From positions 100,992,270 through 101,047,139 of the forward strand of contig NC_068985.1 in NCBI RefSeq assembly GCF_001194135.2: DNA of 54,870 nucleotides, in the 5' to 3' direction. Made by a program: the position numbers and the translations under genes. This document shows positions 37,501 to 50,882 of the stretch, one piece after another. Within the stretch, counting starts at the first letter, position 1. Each line of letters starts with the position of its first letter. Origin of the DNA: Octopus bimaculoides. Its lineage: Eukaryota. The notes below the pieces were generated by a model. The model was not told the DNA's origin, searched no databases, and was given only the letters and a program-made list of their open reading frames with translations.

Positions 37501-38021
37501 GTGGGTTGCCACTGTACCACTGGCAAAACCAGTTGAAATTGGTTTGCAAAGATTTCTGGCTGCATTATCCTGACGGCAACTCGAGCGGTTGGGTATCAAA
37601 TGCCGCAGAAAAAAAACTGCCACAATCAAACACTTGTCTAACGTTGCTGTAAAGAGCTGAATATGGACATAGGCGAAGGTATATTACCAATGAACCTAGT
37701 TACGGATTCCATTGAAAGGAGAGAACCCATTCCTCTGTCGGTCAGAATGGCTTAATGAGCTGAAACACAGACCTGGGAACACAGCTTCACAAAAAAACGA
37801 CTGAGATTAAAATCCCGCTGGAGACGGGATTTTGGAAAGTAGCAGAAAGTCACCTAAGAATCATGATCTGGGTGTCCCGGCTCCCGTAGAGTGTCAGATA
37901 TAAGGGCTAAAACACTTGTCGGATGGGATTTCTTCCTCTGAAAATCACTCTTGCTGTGCGCACGCCTCGTGGAGCTTCTGTTATTTGTTTACGCATATAT
38001 ATATATGTATGTGTCTATATA

Positions 38022-38057
<36 letters not shown>

Positions 38058-39212
38058 CACACACACACATATATATATATGTAGATACACATATTTATAA
38101 ATACGGATATATATATATATATGTATGTGTGTATGTATAAGAATATATACATGTGTGTGTATGTGTGTGTAGATATGCATACATATGTATACACATGTCT
38201 TTATATTTTCGCTTATACACATACATACATTTATATATGTATATTGGAGAGAAGCGTCGCTTCTCTTAGAATGCCATGGTTCGTATTCTTTGAATCCCGA
38301 GTATGGAAAGTTTAATTCCAGTAAGTATTTCCGGCAACTTGGCCTTTAAGATTACCGTGTTACGAAATAACTATATCAGGATAGTTATTTTATTAAAATA
38401 TAACCTCATGACATTCCATTAGGATACTTAATATTTTTTATTGCCTATTCACGTGAAACCACACCGTGCTGGTTTATGAAAGACGCGAAAAACTCAAAGC
38501 TATGTAGTTCTGCGTGGTTACTCTTCAAGAGTCACAAATATCGTATCTGTCATTCATAACCCACTTTCAACTGGTGATCTTATGTTCACACAACAAATAT
38601 ATATTTCAAATTAATGGCATGTGCTTGGAATTTTTATTGCAAGGCAATTTAAACGACGATAATTAGCATTAAGCCATGTGCGTTTATATTTAACACTTTC
38701 GAAGGTATATGTTGGTTACGGTAAGTGACTCCGAGAAAACATCCTCCTCGTTCCGTTTTAAAAGCAGAACGCGCTGGGATGTGAAAGACAACATCAGGTG
38801 GTAAGAAACATGCGCATCAGTGGCATCGCTACACTTCGTCACAATTACAGACTTAGTCGTTAATTACCAAGTCAGAATTGCCTCGCTTATATACAAAGAA
38901 GAAATTATTTTGTTGTGAGTGGGTGGTAAGATTTATAAATCTAGAATTAACTAATTAAAATTATATTAAGATTCGACATTGGCATCACATTCTTTTATAT
39001 ATGTTTGCGGACATACACTTGATAAGTCCTTAACTGCAGTAAGTGATTTAACTGCAGTGAGTTACTTCGTGTACGGTTACAACACAGTGTGTGTGAATAT
39101 AACGGATAGTATAGGACTATAAGGTACGCGTTTATATCTTGATATCCATCATCAGTTAAAGACACCATGTCATTGTTACAATACATTTATAGTTCGGGAT
39201 ATTTTTACACAC

Positions 39213-39425
39213 AAAGACGGCTAGCTGGCAGAATGCTGAACCGCCGTGCAAGACGCTTAAAAAGCATTTCCACTGTCTCTATGTTTTGATTCTAAATTCC
39301 CACAAAGTTGACTTAGCCTTTCGTACCTTCAGGGTCGATAAAATAAGTACCAGTTCAGCACAGGAGTGGATTTATTCAATTTAGCACCTCCCCAAAGATA
39401 CTGGCCTTGTGTCAACATTTAAAAC
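39213..39425 (+). mobile_element. SINE family B, diverged copy
   Basis: gctggcagaat..gttgacttagcctttcgtaccttcagggtcgataaaataagtaccagtt..ggccttgtgtc collinear with 8730-8950. Confidence 0.75.
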
Positions 39426-40924
39426 CGATATTTTAGCAGATACAATCATTATCGATAATTTCATCTCGCAGTTAGTCATCGTTTTCAGGTTTCAGTAGAC
39501 AGAAACATGTTAGAATCAAATGTACACAACTATAGCGTAATCATTGCTGAATTATTATACCTTTAATGAACTAGCGCCTGAAAATGTATCGCAAAAGACG
39601 GAAAATCTACCTTTCTTAGTTTACATAAAGTACACGTATTCTTCTGGCAAATGATTATGCAATTCGGTATCTCTGCAATAAGGACTTTACAGTCCAATGT
39701 GCTATCAAAAGTGTATTCGAATAAGATTATTTCTTCTTCGAAACGGTTACCACAGTGGAGCTCAGGAAACGGGACAGGGTGTACTAAACAATGTATTGGT
39801 AGCGGTTATTCATCCTTAATAGAAACCAAATCGTTATTATATTCATTTTATGATGAATATTAGCATTTTTCAAGAACCCCCCTACTACTCAACAAACCCA
39901 TTATAGTTGTCTTCCTTTTCAGCCGTGTTGTTATCATCATCAGCAACACTAACGATAATATTTGTATCACTTGCATACAACCCACAACTTCTATTTATAT
40001 TTTTTCCCATTAATTTAAGCAAAATGATATTACAAGTTACTGGATAAAATAGAAAACTCTTAAGATAGAATACACACGCAAGAACGCACTCATACNNNNN
40101 NNNNNNNNNNNNNNNNNNNNNNNNNNNNNNNNNNNNNNNNNNNNNNNNNNNNNNNNNNNNNNNNNNNNNNNNNNNNNNNNNNNNNNNNNNNNNNNNNNNN
40201 NNNNNNNNNNNNNNNNNNNNNNNNNNNNNNNNNNNNNNNNNNNNNNNNNNNNNNNNNNNNNNNNNNNNNNNNNNNNNNNNNNNNNNNNNNNNNNNNNNNN
40301 NNNNNNNNNNNNNNNNNNNNNNNNNNNNNNNNNNNNNNNNNNNNNNNNNNNNNNNNNNNNNNNNNNNNNNNNNNNNNNNNNNNNNNNNNNNNNNNNNNNN
40401 NNNNNNNNNNNNNNNNNNNNNNNNNNNNNNNNNNNNNNNNNNNNNNNNNNNNNNNNNNNNNNNNNNNNNNNNNNNNNNNNNNNNNNNNNNNNNNNNNNNT
40501 ATATATATATATATATAAATACATGTATTCATGTATATATATATATATATATATATACATACGCATATATACACATATATGTTTGCGTGTATGTATGTAT
40601 GCTTGTATGAATGTATGAATATATGATTGTGCAAATATTAAAAATGACAACAAAATGCAAATCCTACCCTGCAGCAACAGACACTGGGAAATCGATAATA
40701 TCTAAAACAATGGCGAATTATAAACTTAACAATAACATAATCATCAATAGCATCATTTTGAGAGAAAGAAAAAGCAAACTAGAACAAATAAGATTCCTCT
40801 TCTTTAATATTACTTTATATACCCTGTCTCTCGTATAAATTAATCGTCTCCTACATTCTACGTGGTAAAAAGCAATTACCCTGGATCTCTTATGGTTGTC
40901 ACAGTTAAGACATGACAAGGTCAA

Positions 40925-41004
40925 TACTACTGCTACTACGACTACTGCTGCTGCTACTACTATTACTACTACTACTACTCCTGCTGCTGCTGCTACTACT
41001 ACTA

Positions 41005-41036
<32 letters not shown>

Positions 41037-41090
41037 ATTACTAATATTACTATATTTGCTTCTGCTTCTACTACTGCTACTATCATTTCT
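40925..41090. repeat. (ACT)/(GCT) compound trinucleotide array
   Basis: Directly visible. Confidence 0.95.
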
Positions 41091-41374
41091 TTACTTACCA
41101 CAAAATGTTATTAGCAGATCGAGGACGCTACATTGGATTATACAGTATGACATGATGCGATATGATGTAGATTTTCATGAAAACGTGTAAAGTGAAAGTT
41201 TACAGAAAGCTCATAATATTCCGGTCACTATTCCCACCAGGGAAAGTGCCTTTTCATTCCCCTTTCTCGATTTATAATCTGATCCTTTCACTCGAACCGT
41301 TCTGCCGACATTTACATACATTTCGACAAATCGTCCACACCTCCGTCACCATATTTATTCTTCTTTTCACATAG

Positions 41375-41581
41375 AAATGAAAATTTTGAGGGCTTGGCAA
41401 ATGAGGAAATGTTTGTCTTCAGAATCTGTGATCTTTTCCATTACAAACCCTCTCTCGATCAGGCCTCCAGACACTGCCTGTCCTTCACCATGAAAGAAAT
41501 GCAGTTAGATGACAGCTGGGTTCGTTCTATACGCGACAACATTTGTTTCACGTGTCAGCAATGCTTAGGCAGAGGACGAAC
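41375..41581 (+). other. Candidate 207-nt exon (phase 2-2), product unknown
   Basis: Acceptor TTTATTCTTCTTTTCACATAG, donor AC|GTGAGG, open frame NENFEGLANEEMFVFRICDLFHYKPSLDQASRHCLSFTMKEMQLDDSWVRSIRDNICFTCQQCLGRGR; the other two frames are closed. Confidence 0.3.
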
Positions 41582-43139
41582 GTGAGGAAACGTTTCGTAG
41601 TGATGTGCGCTTGGTCAAGCAGGGATGGCTCACATCACTTCGATGCCGGTAGTGATTTCCTCGAACCGGCTATGTTCCCCGATCCTCAGTAGTACTACCA
41701 AGGTTGAAATTTCTGGAAATTATCCACGGTCCAAGCACGAAAGTCCACCGGAGTAGAGCAAATAACTAATTCTCGTTGATGCCCCAAAATTGCTCTCCAA
41801 TAAATTTCTATACAATGCCAATTAATAAATTCCCCCGACGCAGCGCCTGACTGGCGGCACCCTTCGTACCATTCCCCACTGCCTCGATCTACGCTTTATC
41901 CTGGACTGCAGTTCATTAAAGAGACAAAATGCAGAAAAGCGAATCTGACAAATGATGATCAGATTTACTTACCATCAGGGGAATGCTGGTGAGACTACGC
42001 TCTCAGTGCGTGGTTTGAATTTAACTTAATATATTTAAAGTTCTCCAATCTTTACTACAAGGGCAGCATTCTACAGTTAGTAAATATAATATTACATCGT
42101 AAGAAATTATCTATGATTCCATTGGTATCTGATTACTGTGAATTTATCTGATAGAAAATCAACTGATATTACAACTTGTCAACAACCATGGTGTAGCCGT
42201 TTAAATATAGCAAATTGAGCTGTGACTAAATTTTCTTTACAAAATCAAACAATAATTAGTGCAAATTTGTCTCAACTTCAGTCAAAGGTGACTTTCAACA
42301 CAATTTAAATTATGTACAATTCCTAACTGCTACACGTTATCCTGGAAGGATATACTGTTCCTCGTATATACACTGATATTAATGTCTGAATCTCTATCTG
42401 GAATACAAAGTCCATAATATTCTAAAGATTTTATATAAAACATTCAGTTACTGTCGCAGGTAGCATTTTTGAATCAAAGTACATCAATATATATTGATGA
42501 TGATGATCAATGCTTTTGAATCAATGGAAGAGAGCGACTAAGTAGAGAAGAAGTATATGTAACGGAAAAATATGTGGAATATACAATGATTCTACTGTTT
42601 TTAGCTATTTCACTTTCCTAGTTTATTAATATTTATTTACTCTCGATAAGAACACAATATGAACTTCAAAAGTAATATTATATTTCACACAAATATAAAA
42701 TACTACTATATCATGTCTTTGAGTTCTGAAATGAATACCATCGTAAATGGTGAAGTCCAGTATCATAGATATTTAAGTGTTTTCTATCGAAACCTGTGCA
42801 TTGTGTAAGGCTATCATGTTAGGGCATATATTTGTGGTTTTGTGAACGAATATGGATGGGTTTGCGTTTTGAAATTTTGAGAGATAACTGTGTAAATGTC
42901 ATGAATTTCTGGGTAAATATTTTAACTCAAAATTTATATAATGATAATAAATTCGGACGTTATATTCATTGGCATTGTTAAAGAATTATGAATACGCATA
43001 TAGAAAATGAATATTGAGAAAAACCTAAATCTTTCTGAACTTGAAACCACCTGTATGTTTTATGAAATGCCAATACAGATGCGTCTTTACATACTATATA
43101 TGAGTGTGTTATTATCTCTCACATCTTATGTGTGCAAAC

Positions 43140-43154
43140 ACAAACACACGCACA

Positions 43155-43248
<94 letters not shown>

Positions 43249-43260
43249 CACACACACATA
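43140..43260. repeat. (CA)n microsatellite
   Basis: Directly visible. Confidence 0.95.
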
Positions 43261-43669
43261 TACGTAGATGTTCGAAGGAAAAAAATAGACAAAAATGAAC
43301 TGACAATATTACAATGTGTAGTGTTATGGTGAATATATATGTTCGGAATATGTACCGGCTGAACTGACATTGTGATGTAAGTAAACCATGGGAAATAGAT
43401 TTGTAACGATTCGAAAAATCGTTATCAAACATATCAAAAACAAAATATTATTAAATCATTCAGAAATAGCAAAAGGATTTTGTTCTTCGTTTGAGAACAG
43501 TTATTTACGATTCAATAACTATCTTGCAAGATTTTGCAATGATAATTATTTTAATATTATTTACTTGTTTCGTATGAGCATTATAAATCTCACTGGCAAA
43601 ATACATTTAGTTAGAAGAAAAATAATTGCAATGCTTCTTTTTTAAAAATTTATTATCGTTATTAAGAAG

Positions 43670-44210
43670 TTATTCGTTCACATGCCGGAAATAGTGCTTA
43701 GTGCTATTTCGTCCGTCGTTACGTTCTGAGTTCAAATGCTGACGGTGTTTTCTTTAACTTCCATCGCTTCTGGAATGTATTTAATCGAATATCACCCCAC
43801 CACACACACAACAAATTTCAGGGCTTGTTCCTATAGTAGAGAGGAATATTAAGGAGACATTATTCAAGATGGTGAGTTGGCTCAATTGTTAGCGACAATC
43901 GTTCTGGGTTCAAATGCCACCGAGGTCGTCGCGAGTTTTGCCTATAATCCTATCACGGTTGATAAAATATTACCAGTCCAGCGCTGGTCTTGAAGGAATC
44001 GACTGTGCCACTTCTCGAAAATTGCTGGCCTTGTGTCAAAATTTGAAAACAATAATGCTGTAAGTTGGAGAGCTAGCAGAATCGTTAGTACTCCAGGCAA
44101 AATGCTTAGCTGCATTTCTTCCGTCATCTTTTTTCTGAGTTGAGACCTGGGGTCGATATAATCGACTTTACCTCCCTGAAATTGCTTCTCTTTCTAGCAA
44201 AATTTGGAGT
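43670..44210 (+). mobile_element. Three head-to-tail degenerate SINE family B copies (~43670-43842, ~43868-44050, ~44062-44210)
   Basis: Each carries B-family landmarks (cttag..catttc.tccgtc..ttctgagtt, ggtcgat..aatcgact, ggccttgtg). Confidence 0.65.
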
Positions 44211-44654
44211 CATTATTGAGAAGTTATGCGTAAGAATTTTCCCAAAATAAAGAATATACAAAACTTCGATGGAAAATATTAAGTGGTTAGGTAAATGGCT
44301 AGACATAAGGTTAAACCCTTGCACTCATATCTTCAAAAGTACGATGACATGTTAAATAAAGAATTCCAAATTAGGAAATATAAGGAAGATCTGGTTGCCA
44401 TTAAGCTGTTTAGGCTTGAGGTGTGACTTAAACATAATACTATTTAAATACTCTCTGCAGTCAAGAAATAATTTTAATAGGAATAATAGTTTCTCAATGT
44501 AGTTTCTTGATCGGTTAGAAACTGATGCCAAATGAAGGACCAGCAATGTAAAAATCATTCAAAAGGTGTTGTTAATATGGCAATCCTAGTTTTATTTATA
44601 ACGATTCTATAAATGACAGCGCCTTATCTCTAAATCATCGCTTTCACAACTCAC

Positions 44655-44684
44655 CTGAGCCAAAGGAACAAGTTATAGAAGCAT
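44655..44684 (-). other. Candidate 30-nt microexon
   Basis: Minus strand TTTTACTCTTTTCCAG | ATGCTTCTATAACTTGTTCCTTTGGCTCAG | GTGAGT: near-consensus acceptor and donor. Confidence 0.3.
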
Positions 44685-45174
44685 CTGGAAAAGAGTAAAA
44701 TTATTACTTTTAGGTGCTTAGTGTAAGGTCACCTTCATCAATTATAATCCAGACGACCCATAATACAAGCGTAATTTTTTGTACTTCCGTTTCTCTTACA
44801 TATAACTGACGTGGCATTTTAGTAGCTGTGTTACCTAATTTTGGCAATAAGATTACTAAATTCCATTTTAATCAAAATTTATATTGTATCTTTTAATTCA
44901 ATGATTTAGAGTAGTGGTTGTTAATCGGTGTCAATTTGGCCCTTGCGGTCCAGGTAAGATTTTGTTTTTAAAATTCATCAACATTAAGTTAGTTATACTT
45001 CTACAATTCATTTCAAAAATATACAGTTCCTAGTAATATTTAGTTATAAATATACAGTAGGATGTCTTTTATACACATCAAATGGCTATGCAGGTCCAAT
45101 AGAGTAAAACTGGAACTAAAGTGTTCCATAGATGAAAACAAATGGTTGAGAACCAGTGATTTAGATCATTCGTT

Positions 45175-45428
45175 TTTGACACTCCGTCGCTTACGACGTC
45201 GTGGGTTCCAGTTGATCCGATCAACGGAACTGACTGCTCGTGAAATTAACGTGCAAGTGGCTGAGCACTCCACAGACACGTGTACCCTTAATGTAGTTCT
45301 CGGGGATATTCAGCGTGACACAGTGTGACAAGGCTGACCCTTTGAATTATAGGCACAACAGAAACAGGGAGAAAGAGTGAGAGAAAGTTGTGGTGAAAGA
45401 GTACAGCAGGGTTCGCCACCATCCCCTG
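45175..45428 (-). mobile_element. SINE family C, 5'-truncated copy
   Basis: Closely matches 26910-27150; lacks the tRNA head and abuts a (TA)n tract. Confidence 0.9.
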
Positions 45429-47329
45429 CTATATATAAATATATGTATATATATATATATATATTTCTATATATATAAATATACACACATATACAAATAA
45501 ATACACACATGTGTGCGTGTATGTGTGTGTGTGTGTGTGTGTGCCTTGAGTATTAGCTAAATACTGGAGTTCTTCAAAGGCGTGTACTGCTATACTAAAC
45601 TGTCCGTGTACCATCTGCACACATTCGTCATCCCTCAACCGAGAATAATCAGGTGAAGCTGGCGTATTTGAAACGTGCCCTCAATATTGTTTTAACATAC
45701 TGTGTTCCACATGCTTATTCATTATAGTAACTCGTATAATACAGTAGACTCCTTTCTCTACCTTCTCCAGTATTAGTTTTCAGATGATACGCCAATTTAT
45801 AAAGTGATCGTAGCAAATAAAACAAACCCAACTGACGAACCACAAATAAATGAACTTCTTGTATATCGACTTCTACAAATGTCTATGTAATGCAAACACA
45901 CTGTATACACTCTTCAAACTAAACTCCGATGAGAAAATTAAAACCATTGCAATGTTGCTACAAACGAATGAACAAAACGAAAACAGTATTAAACACTTCA
46001 AAAAGCCTCGTGGTAGCCATTCCAGCAGGAAACATAATTAAGTTTTGTAGAACTGAACTACAATTCAATCACCAATGTCAACAGTGTAGTACGTATCTTC
46101 AACAAAGTAATCATAGACGGACCGAAAATATACATTCCACAAATATATATATATATACATTAACAACAACTTTAATTTCCATGGTGAAATATCCAAATTG
46201 ATAAAAACTGGAGATAACATCAAACACAAGACAGAAATGGAATAGAAAGAAAGAGTAAGTTATTAAATCGATAAACATGAAAATAAACATTGACAAAATT
46301 TGGCAGACATCTGCGTAACTACCATACAATAAATGAGGAATAAAATACTAAATATTGTACAAGTGCACCAATTACATCTCACACTGCGTCAAGTCATAAA
46401 ATCGACTTCAGGTATATCATCCATTGACTGACAATAAGATTAATGACATTTTGAAACGATTTATCAAATTGTTTTCATTAACCATATAAAGAGTTTTCGG
46501 AAATAGAAGGGTAGAAAGTTAATCTTCATCTCGAAAATTACAGCGACATCTTTTATTCAATGGAACTCCATTCATTATCAAAAATCCAAGCGAAAGTCCG
46601 AAAATAATAATATACGTGCAATTACAGAATTTCCCCATCCAAATGAAATTGTGCCCACCTAACCATTTTCCACTAGACTGATATTTTCAACACCATATTC
46701 ATATCAGGAAAAATACAAATATTGGAGCATCAGTTTTATGTGCTGAATTTCAAATATTTAATTATGCGGATGGACTTGAGTATCGGTAACATGGCTAAAT
46801 CTCTCCAAATATGTTTGGTTATTAAACGCTATCACCACAATACTCGCTAACTTTACGGCATCTCTAAAAATGGTTGAACGATAAAAATATCATTTTACCT
46901 AATATTGATAACACATTGCCTTTCAGTCCAACAATGAGATAATGTACGTGCATAAATTAATATTTCTAAGGGAAACGACAATTTCGTCTTCCGCTATATT
47001 CTACATGATAAATGCACCTACGTTTTCTATGCTTTTATGCAATGAAATCCGTGATGTAATCCAATATAACTATCGCAAGTTGGCACTGAATGTACGTATT
47101 ATTGGAGTCACGAATGCAATGTCTTTCAATGGCTCATAGTTTTCCGATGTGTAAGGAATCCCAAACTCGAAAACTATATCAGGGCCAGTAAATTAGGTCC
47201 TACAAAGACGAAGAACTCGGAAAGCGGGAACAACATGAAAATATAGCATATCACTAAAGGAGGGAAATAGATACAGCCGAGTGAAAAGTTCCGGAAGATC
47301 AATTCATTTATGCGCTGGTGGAAGCATAC

Positions 47330-47450
47330 ACATAGCAAATGACTGATAAAGGAAGAACCTTGCGTCCCGACCAAATGGTTCTAGGTTCAGTCCCACTGCG
47401 TGGTAATCTGGGTTTGTGTATTCAACTAACCAACGACTTGTGAGATTCCG
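47330..47450 (+). mobile_element. SINE family A head fragment
   Basis: ccaaatggttctaggttcagtcccactgcgtgg...ccaacgacttgtgag matches the family A head. Confidence 0.6.
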
Positions 47451-47994
47451 TTATATATTTATGCCTGAATTTTCTTTGTTCATTAACTACATTCTCAAAT
47501 ATGTAAAAAAATATATTTAAAAAATCCCTTAAACGACAACCGTATATCTGTCATTTCCTCATACTTGCTCACACTTTCATTAAGAAGAATTAAGGGAACG
47601 TCTTACGGCGTTCAATTTGCGATATTAAAAAGGAAAAACAAAAGAAAAAGAAACAATAGAGATTATAGGTAACATGTAATTAGTCCCGGCATGCATCTAT
47701 AAATTTAGTATCAAAATATTTCTACTCGTTTTTCTATCCCTGTTTGGATACGAACTCTGCATGTGTGTGTGTGTGTGTGTGTTTATGTGTACGTTGTGTG
47801 AGTGCGTGTTTGTGTAATTCTAAGATCCGTGGATCTAAGTGTAGGAAGTTTGTAAGCTTCGAACAGTCTGTGTTAAGTATAAAAACAATTTTTAAAAAAA
47901 ATCAGGAACATTAACAATTTATTGGCGTCGAAGGATAAATTAAATACCGGTTGCGTACAATTTTTATATTTAAAGAAATTATCAAGAATCTATT

Positions 47995-48036
47995 GCAGCT
48001 GCTGCTGCTGATGATGATGATATTACTGCTACTACA

Positions 48037-48080
<44 letters not shown>

Positions 48081-48505
48081 AACTGCTGCTGCTGCTGCTA
48101 CTATTACTACAGCCCCTCCTCCTCCTCCTCCTCGTCCTGCTCTTCGTCCTGCTCTTCGTCCTCCTCCTCCCACTCTTCCTACTCTTTCTGCTCCTCCACT
48201 TCATCCCCTTCCTCTTCTACCTCTTCCTCCACTTCTTCTTCTTCTTCTTCTCCTCCTTCTTCTTCTTCTTCTTCTGCTTCTCCTCCTCCTTCTTCTTCTT
48301 CTTCTTCTTCTTCTCCTCCTCCTCCTTCTTTTTCTTCTTCTTCTTCTTCTTCTCCTCCCCCTCCTTCTTCTTCTTCTTCTTTTCTCCTTCTCCTCCTCCT
48401 CCTCCTTCTTCTCCTCCTCCTCCTCCTCCTCCTCCTTCTTTTTCTTCTTCTTCTTCTCCTTCTCCTCTTCCTCCCCCTTCTTCTTCTTCTTCTTCTTCTT
48501 CTTCT
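47995..48505. repeat. ~500-bp compound trinucleotide array (CTG/ATG/ACT/CCT/CTT)
   Basis: Directly visible; strongly pyrimidine-skewed from ~48115. Confidence 0.95.
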
Positions 48506-48714
48506 ATACTAGGACTGGTGTGGCTGTTGATCCTGCTAATACTGTCAGTGCTAATTAAATCACTACTTATTGATAATATTGAGAATGATGATATTGTTGA
48601 TAATAAAAACAACAGCAACAACAACGAGAACGCCTACAACAAAAACGATAACCACAGCAACAGCAAGAAAAACAACAACTGTCGGTTGTCTTAAAGGAAG
48701 CTTGCTACCCAACC

Positions 48715-48950
48715 AAATATATTTCTTTATTGCCCAGAAGGGGGTTACACATGGAAGAGACAAACAAGGACAGACAAACAGATTAAGTCGATTACATCGA
48801 CCCTAGTGTGTAATTCGTTCTTAATTTATCGACCTCGAAAGGATGAAAGGCAAAGTCGACCTCGGCGGAATTTGAACTCAGAACGTAACGGTAAACGAAA
48901 TGCCGCAAAGCATTTCGCCGGGCGTGCTAACGATTCTGCCAGCTACTTCC
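48715..48950 (-). mobile_element. SINE family B variant with an alternative 3' tail
   Basis: Head and body nearly identical to the reverse complement of 8730-8880, but tail reads tttctttattgcccagaagggggttacacatggaagagacaaacaaggacagacaaac on the plus strand. Confidence 0.85.
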
Positions 48951-49002
48951 TAACCCAATTGTTCCAAGATTGGTCCAAGTGCATCTCAGCTTACTCTTTA
49001 TT

Positions 49003-49215
49003 CTTTTACTCTTTTACTTGTTTCAGTCATCTGACTACGACCAAGCTGGAGCACCGCCTTTAGTTGAACAAATCGACCCTAGGACTTATTCTTTGTAAGC
49101 CTAGTACTTATACTATTGGTCACTTTTTGCCGAGCCGCTTGGTTACGGGGACGTAAACACAACAGCATCGATTGTCAAGCGATGTTCGGGGGACAAACAC
49201 AGACACAAACATATA
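49003..49215 (-). mobile_element. SINE family A, 3' part
   Basis: Closely matches 24628-24845; runs into (CA)n and a gap. Confidence 0.9.
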
Positions 49216-49235
49216 CACAAACAAACACACACACG

Positions 49236-49278
<43 letters not shown>

Positions 49279-49508
49279 NNNNNNNNNNNNNNNNNNNNNN
49301 NNNNNNNNNNNNNNNNNNNNNNNNNNNNNNNNNNNNNNNNNNNNNNNNNNNNNNNNNNNNNNNNNNNNNNNNNNNNNNNNNNNNNNNNNNNNNNNNNNNN
49401 NNNNNNNNNNNNNNNNNNNNNNNNNNNNNNNNNNNNNNNNNNNNNNNNNNNNNAAAAGTAAATACAAAAAAAGGGTTTTGTATGATCGTGTATAGAGGAA
49501 TATATTAT

Positions 49509-50001
49509 TTTATTTAAAAGAGTTCCAACTCCGTCTGTTTTTTATGTTTTTTATTTATATTCTTGTAACATTTATGTGGGATATAGAATATGGAATATAT
49601 AATATATAATATAAAAAAAGATGGATGGTACAATGAAATGAAATATTGAATGTCTTATTGAATATATGGAATATGTCTTATTAAATATATGAAACATTGA
49701 GTGTTCAATAGAAAGGATTAAATATATAAATATATAAAGGTGAATACGTATTTTCTATACCTTGTGTTATTTCATCATGGCCGGTATGACAGACTGTAAT
49801 CCTTTATATTGAACACTCAATATTTCATATATTCAATAAGACATATTCCATATATTCAATAAAACATTCAATACTTCATTTCATTGTACCATCCATATTT
49901 TTTTATATTATATATTATATATTCCATATTCTATATCCCACAAATTTTACAAGAATATAAATAAAAAACATAAAAACAGAGTTGGAACTCTTTTAAATAA
50001 A
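49509..50001. repeat. Foldback element: inverted arms 49509-49719 and 49798-50001, 78-bp spacer
   Basis: Arms are near-exact reverse complements (ttaaaagagttccaac / gttggaactcttttaa; tgagtgttcaatagaaaggatt / aatcctttatattgaacactca). Confidence 0.9.
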
Positions 50002-50404
50002 NNNNNNNNNNNNNNNNNNNNNNNNNNNNNNNNNNNNNNNNNNNNNNNNNNNNNNNNNNNNNNNNNNNNNNNNNNNNNNNNNNNNNNNNNNNNNNNNNNN
50101 NNNNNNNNNNNNNNNNNNNNNNNNNNNNNNNNNNNNNNNNNNNNNNNNNNNNNNNNNNNNNNNNNNNNNNNNNNNNNNNNNNNNNNNNNNNNNNNNNNNN
50201 NNNNNNNNNNNNNNNNNNNNNNNNNNNNNNNNNNNNNNNNNNNNNNNNNNNNNNNNNNNNNNNNNNNNNNNNNNNNNNNNNNNNNNNNNNNNNNNNNNNN
50301 NNNNNNNNNNNNNNNNNNNNNNNNNNNNNNNNNNNNNNNNNNNNNNNNNNNNNNNNNNNNNNNNNNNNNNNNNNNNNNNNNNNNNNNNNNNNNNNNNNNN
50401 NNNN

Positions 50405-50451
<47 letters not shown>

Positions 50452-50720
50452 CGAGTGAAGGAGACACTGTATGTGTCTCTGTGTGTGTATGTTTAAGTAT
50501 ATCTAAATGTGACTCTTTTCATGTTTGTGTTTTCCTCCCAAGAGCGCATGAAACTATCGTTGGCTCGGTTATGTTTGAGATACTTTGTGGACAGAGAAAG
50601 AGAGACCGATAAAAAAACAATATAAACAAAACAAAATAATAATTCTATAGATTTTTATCTAAACTCCCCGGAGCGGTGTCCAAGCAAGAATACAGTCCGT
50701 TGATTGTGACAAATAAAAGT

Positions 50721-50721
50721 T

Positions 50722-50757
<36 letters not shown>

Positions 50758-50773
50758 GTTAGTAGTAGTAGTT

Positions 50774-50824
<51 letters not shown>

Positions 50825-50882
50825 ACACAACCACAACAGACTCCAAAATCGCAATCAACATCGCTCTCCTTTTTTCCACCAC

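Noticed and set aside
47911-48694. 247-aa poly-L/F/P/S ORF and overlapping poly-S, poly-G and poly-E/K ORFs
   Set aside because: Translation of a compound trinucleotide array that is open in several frames on both strands; no coding signal.
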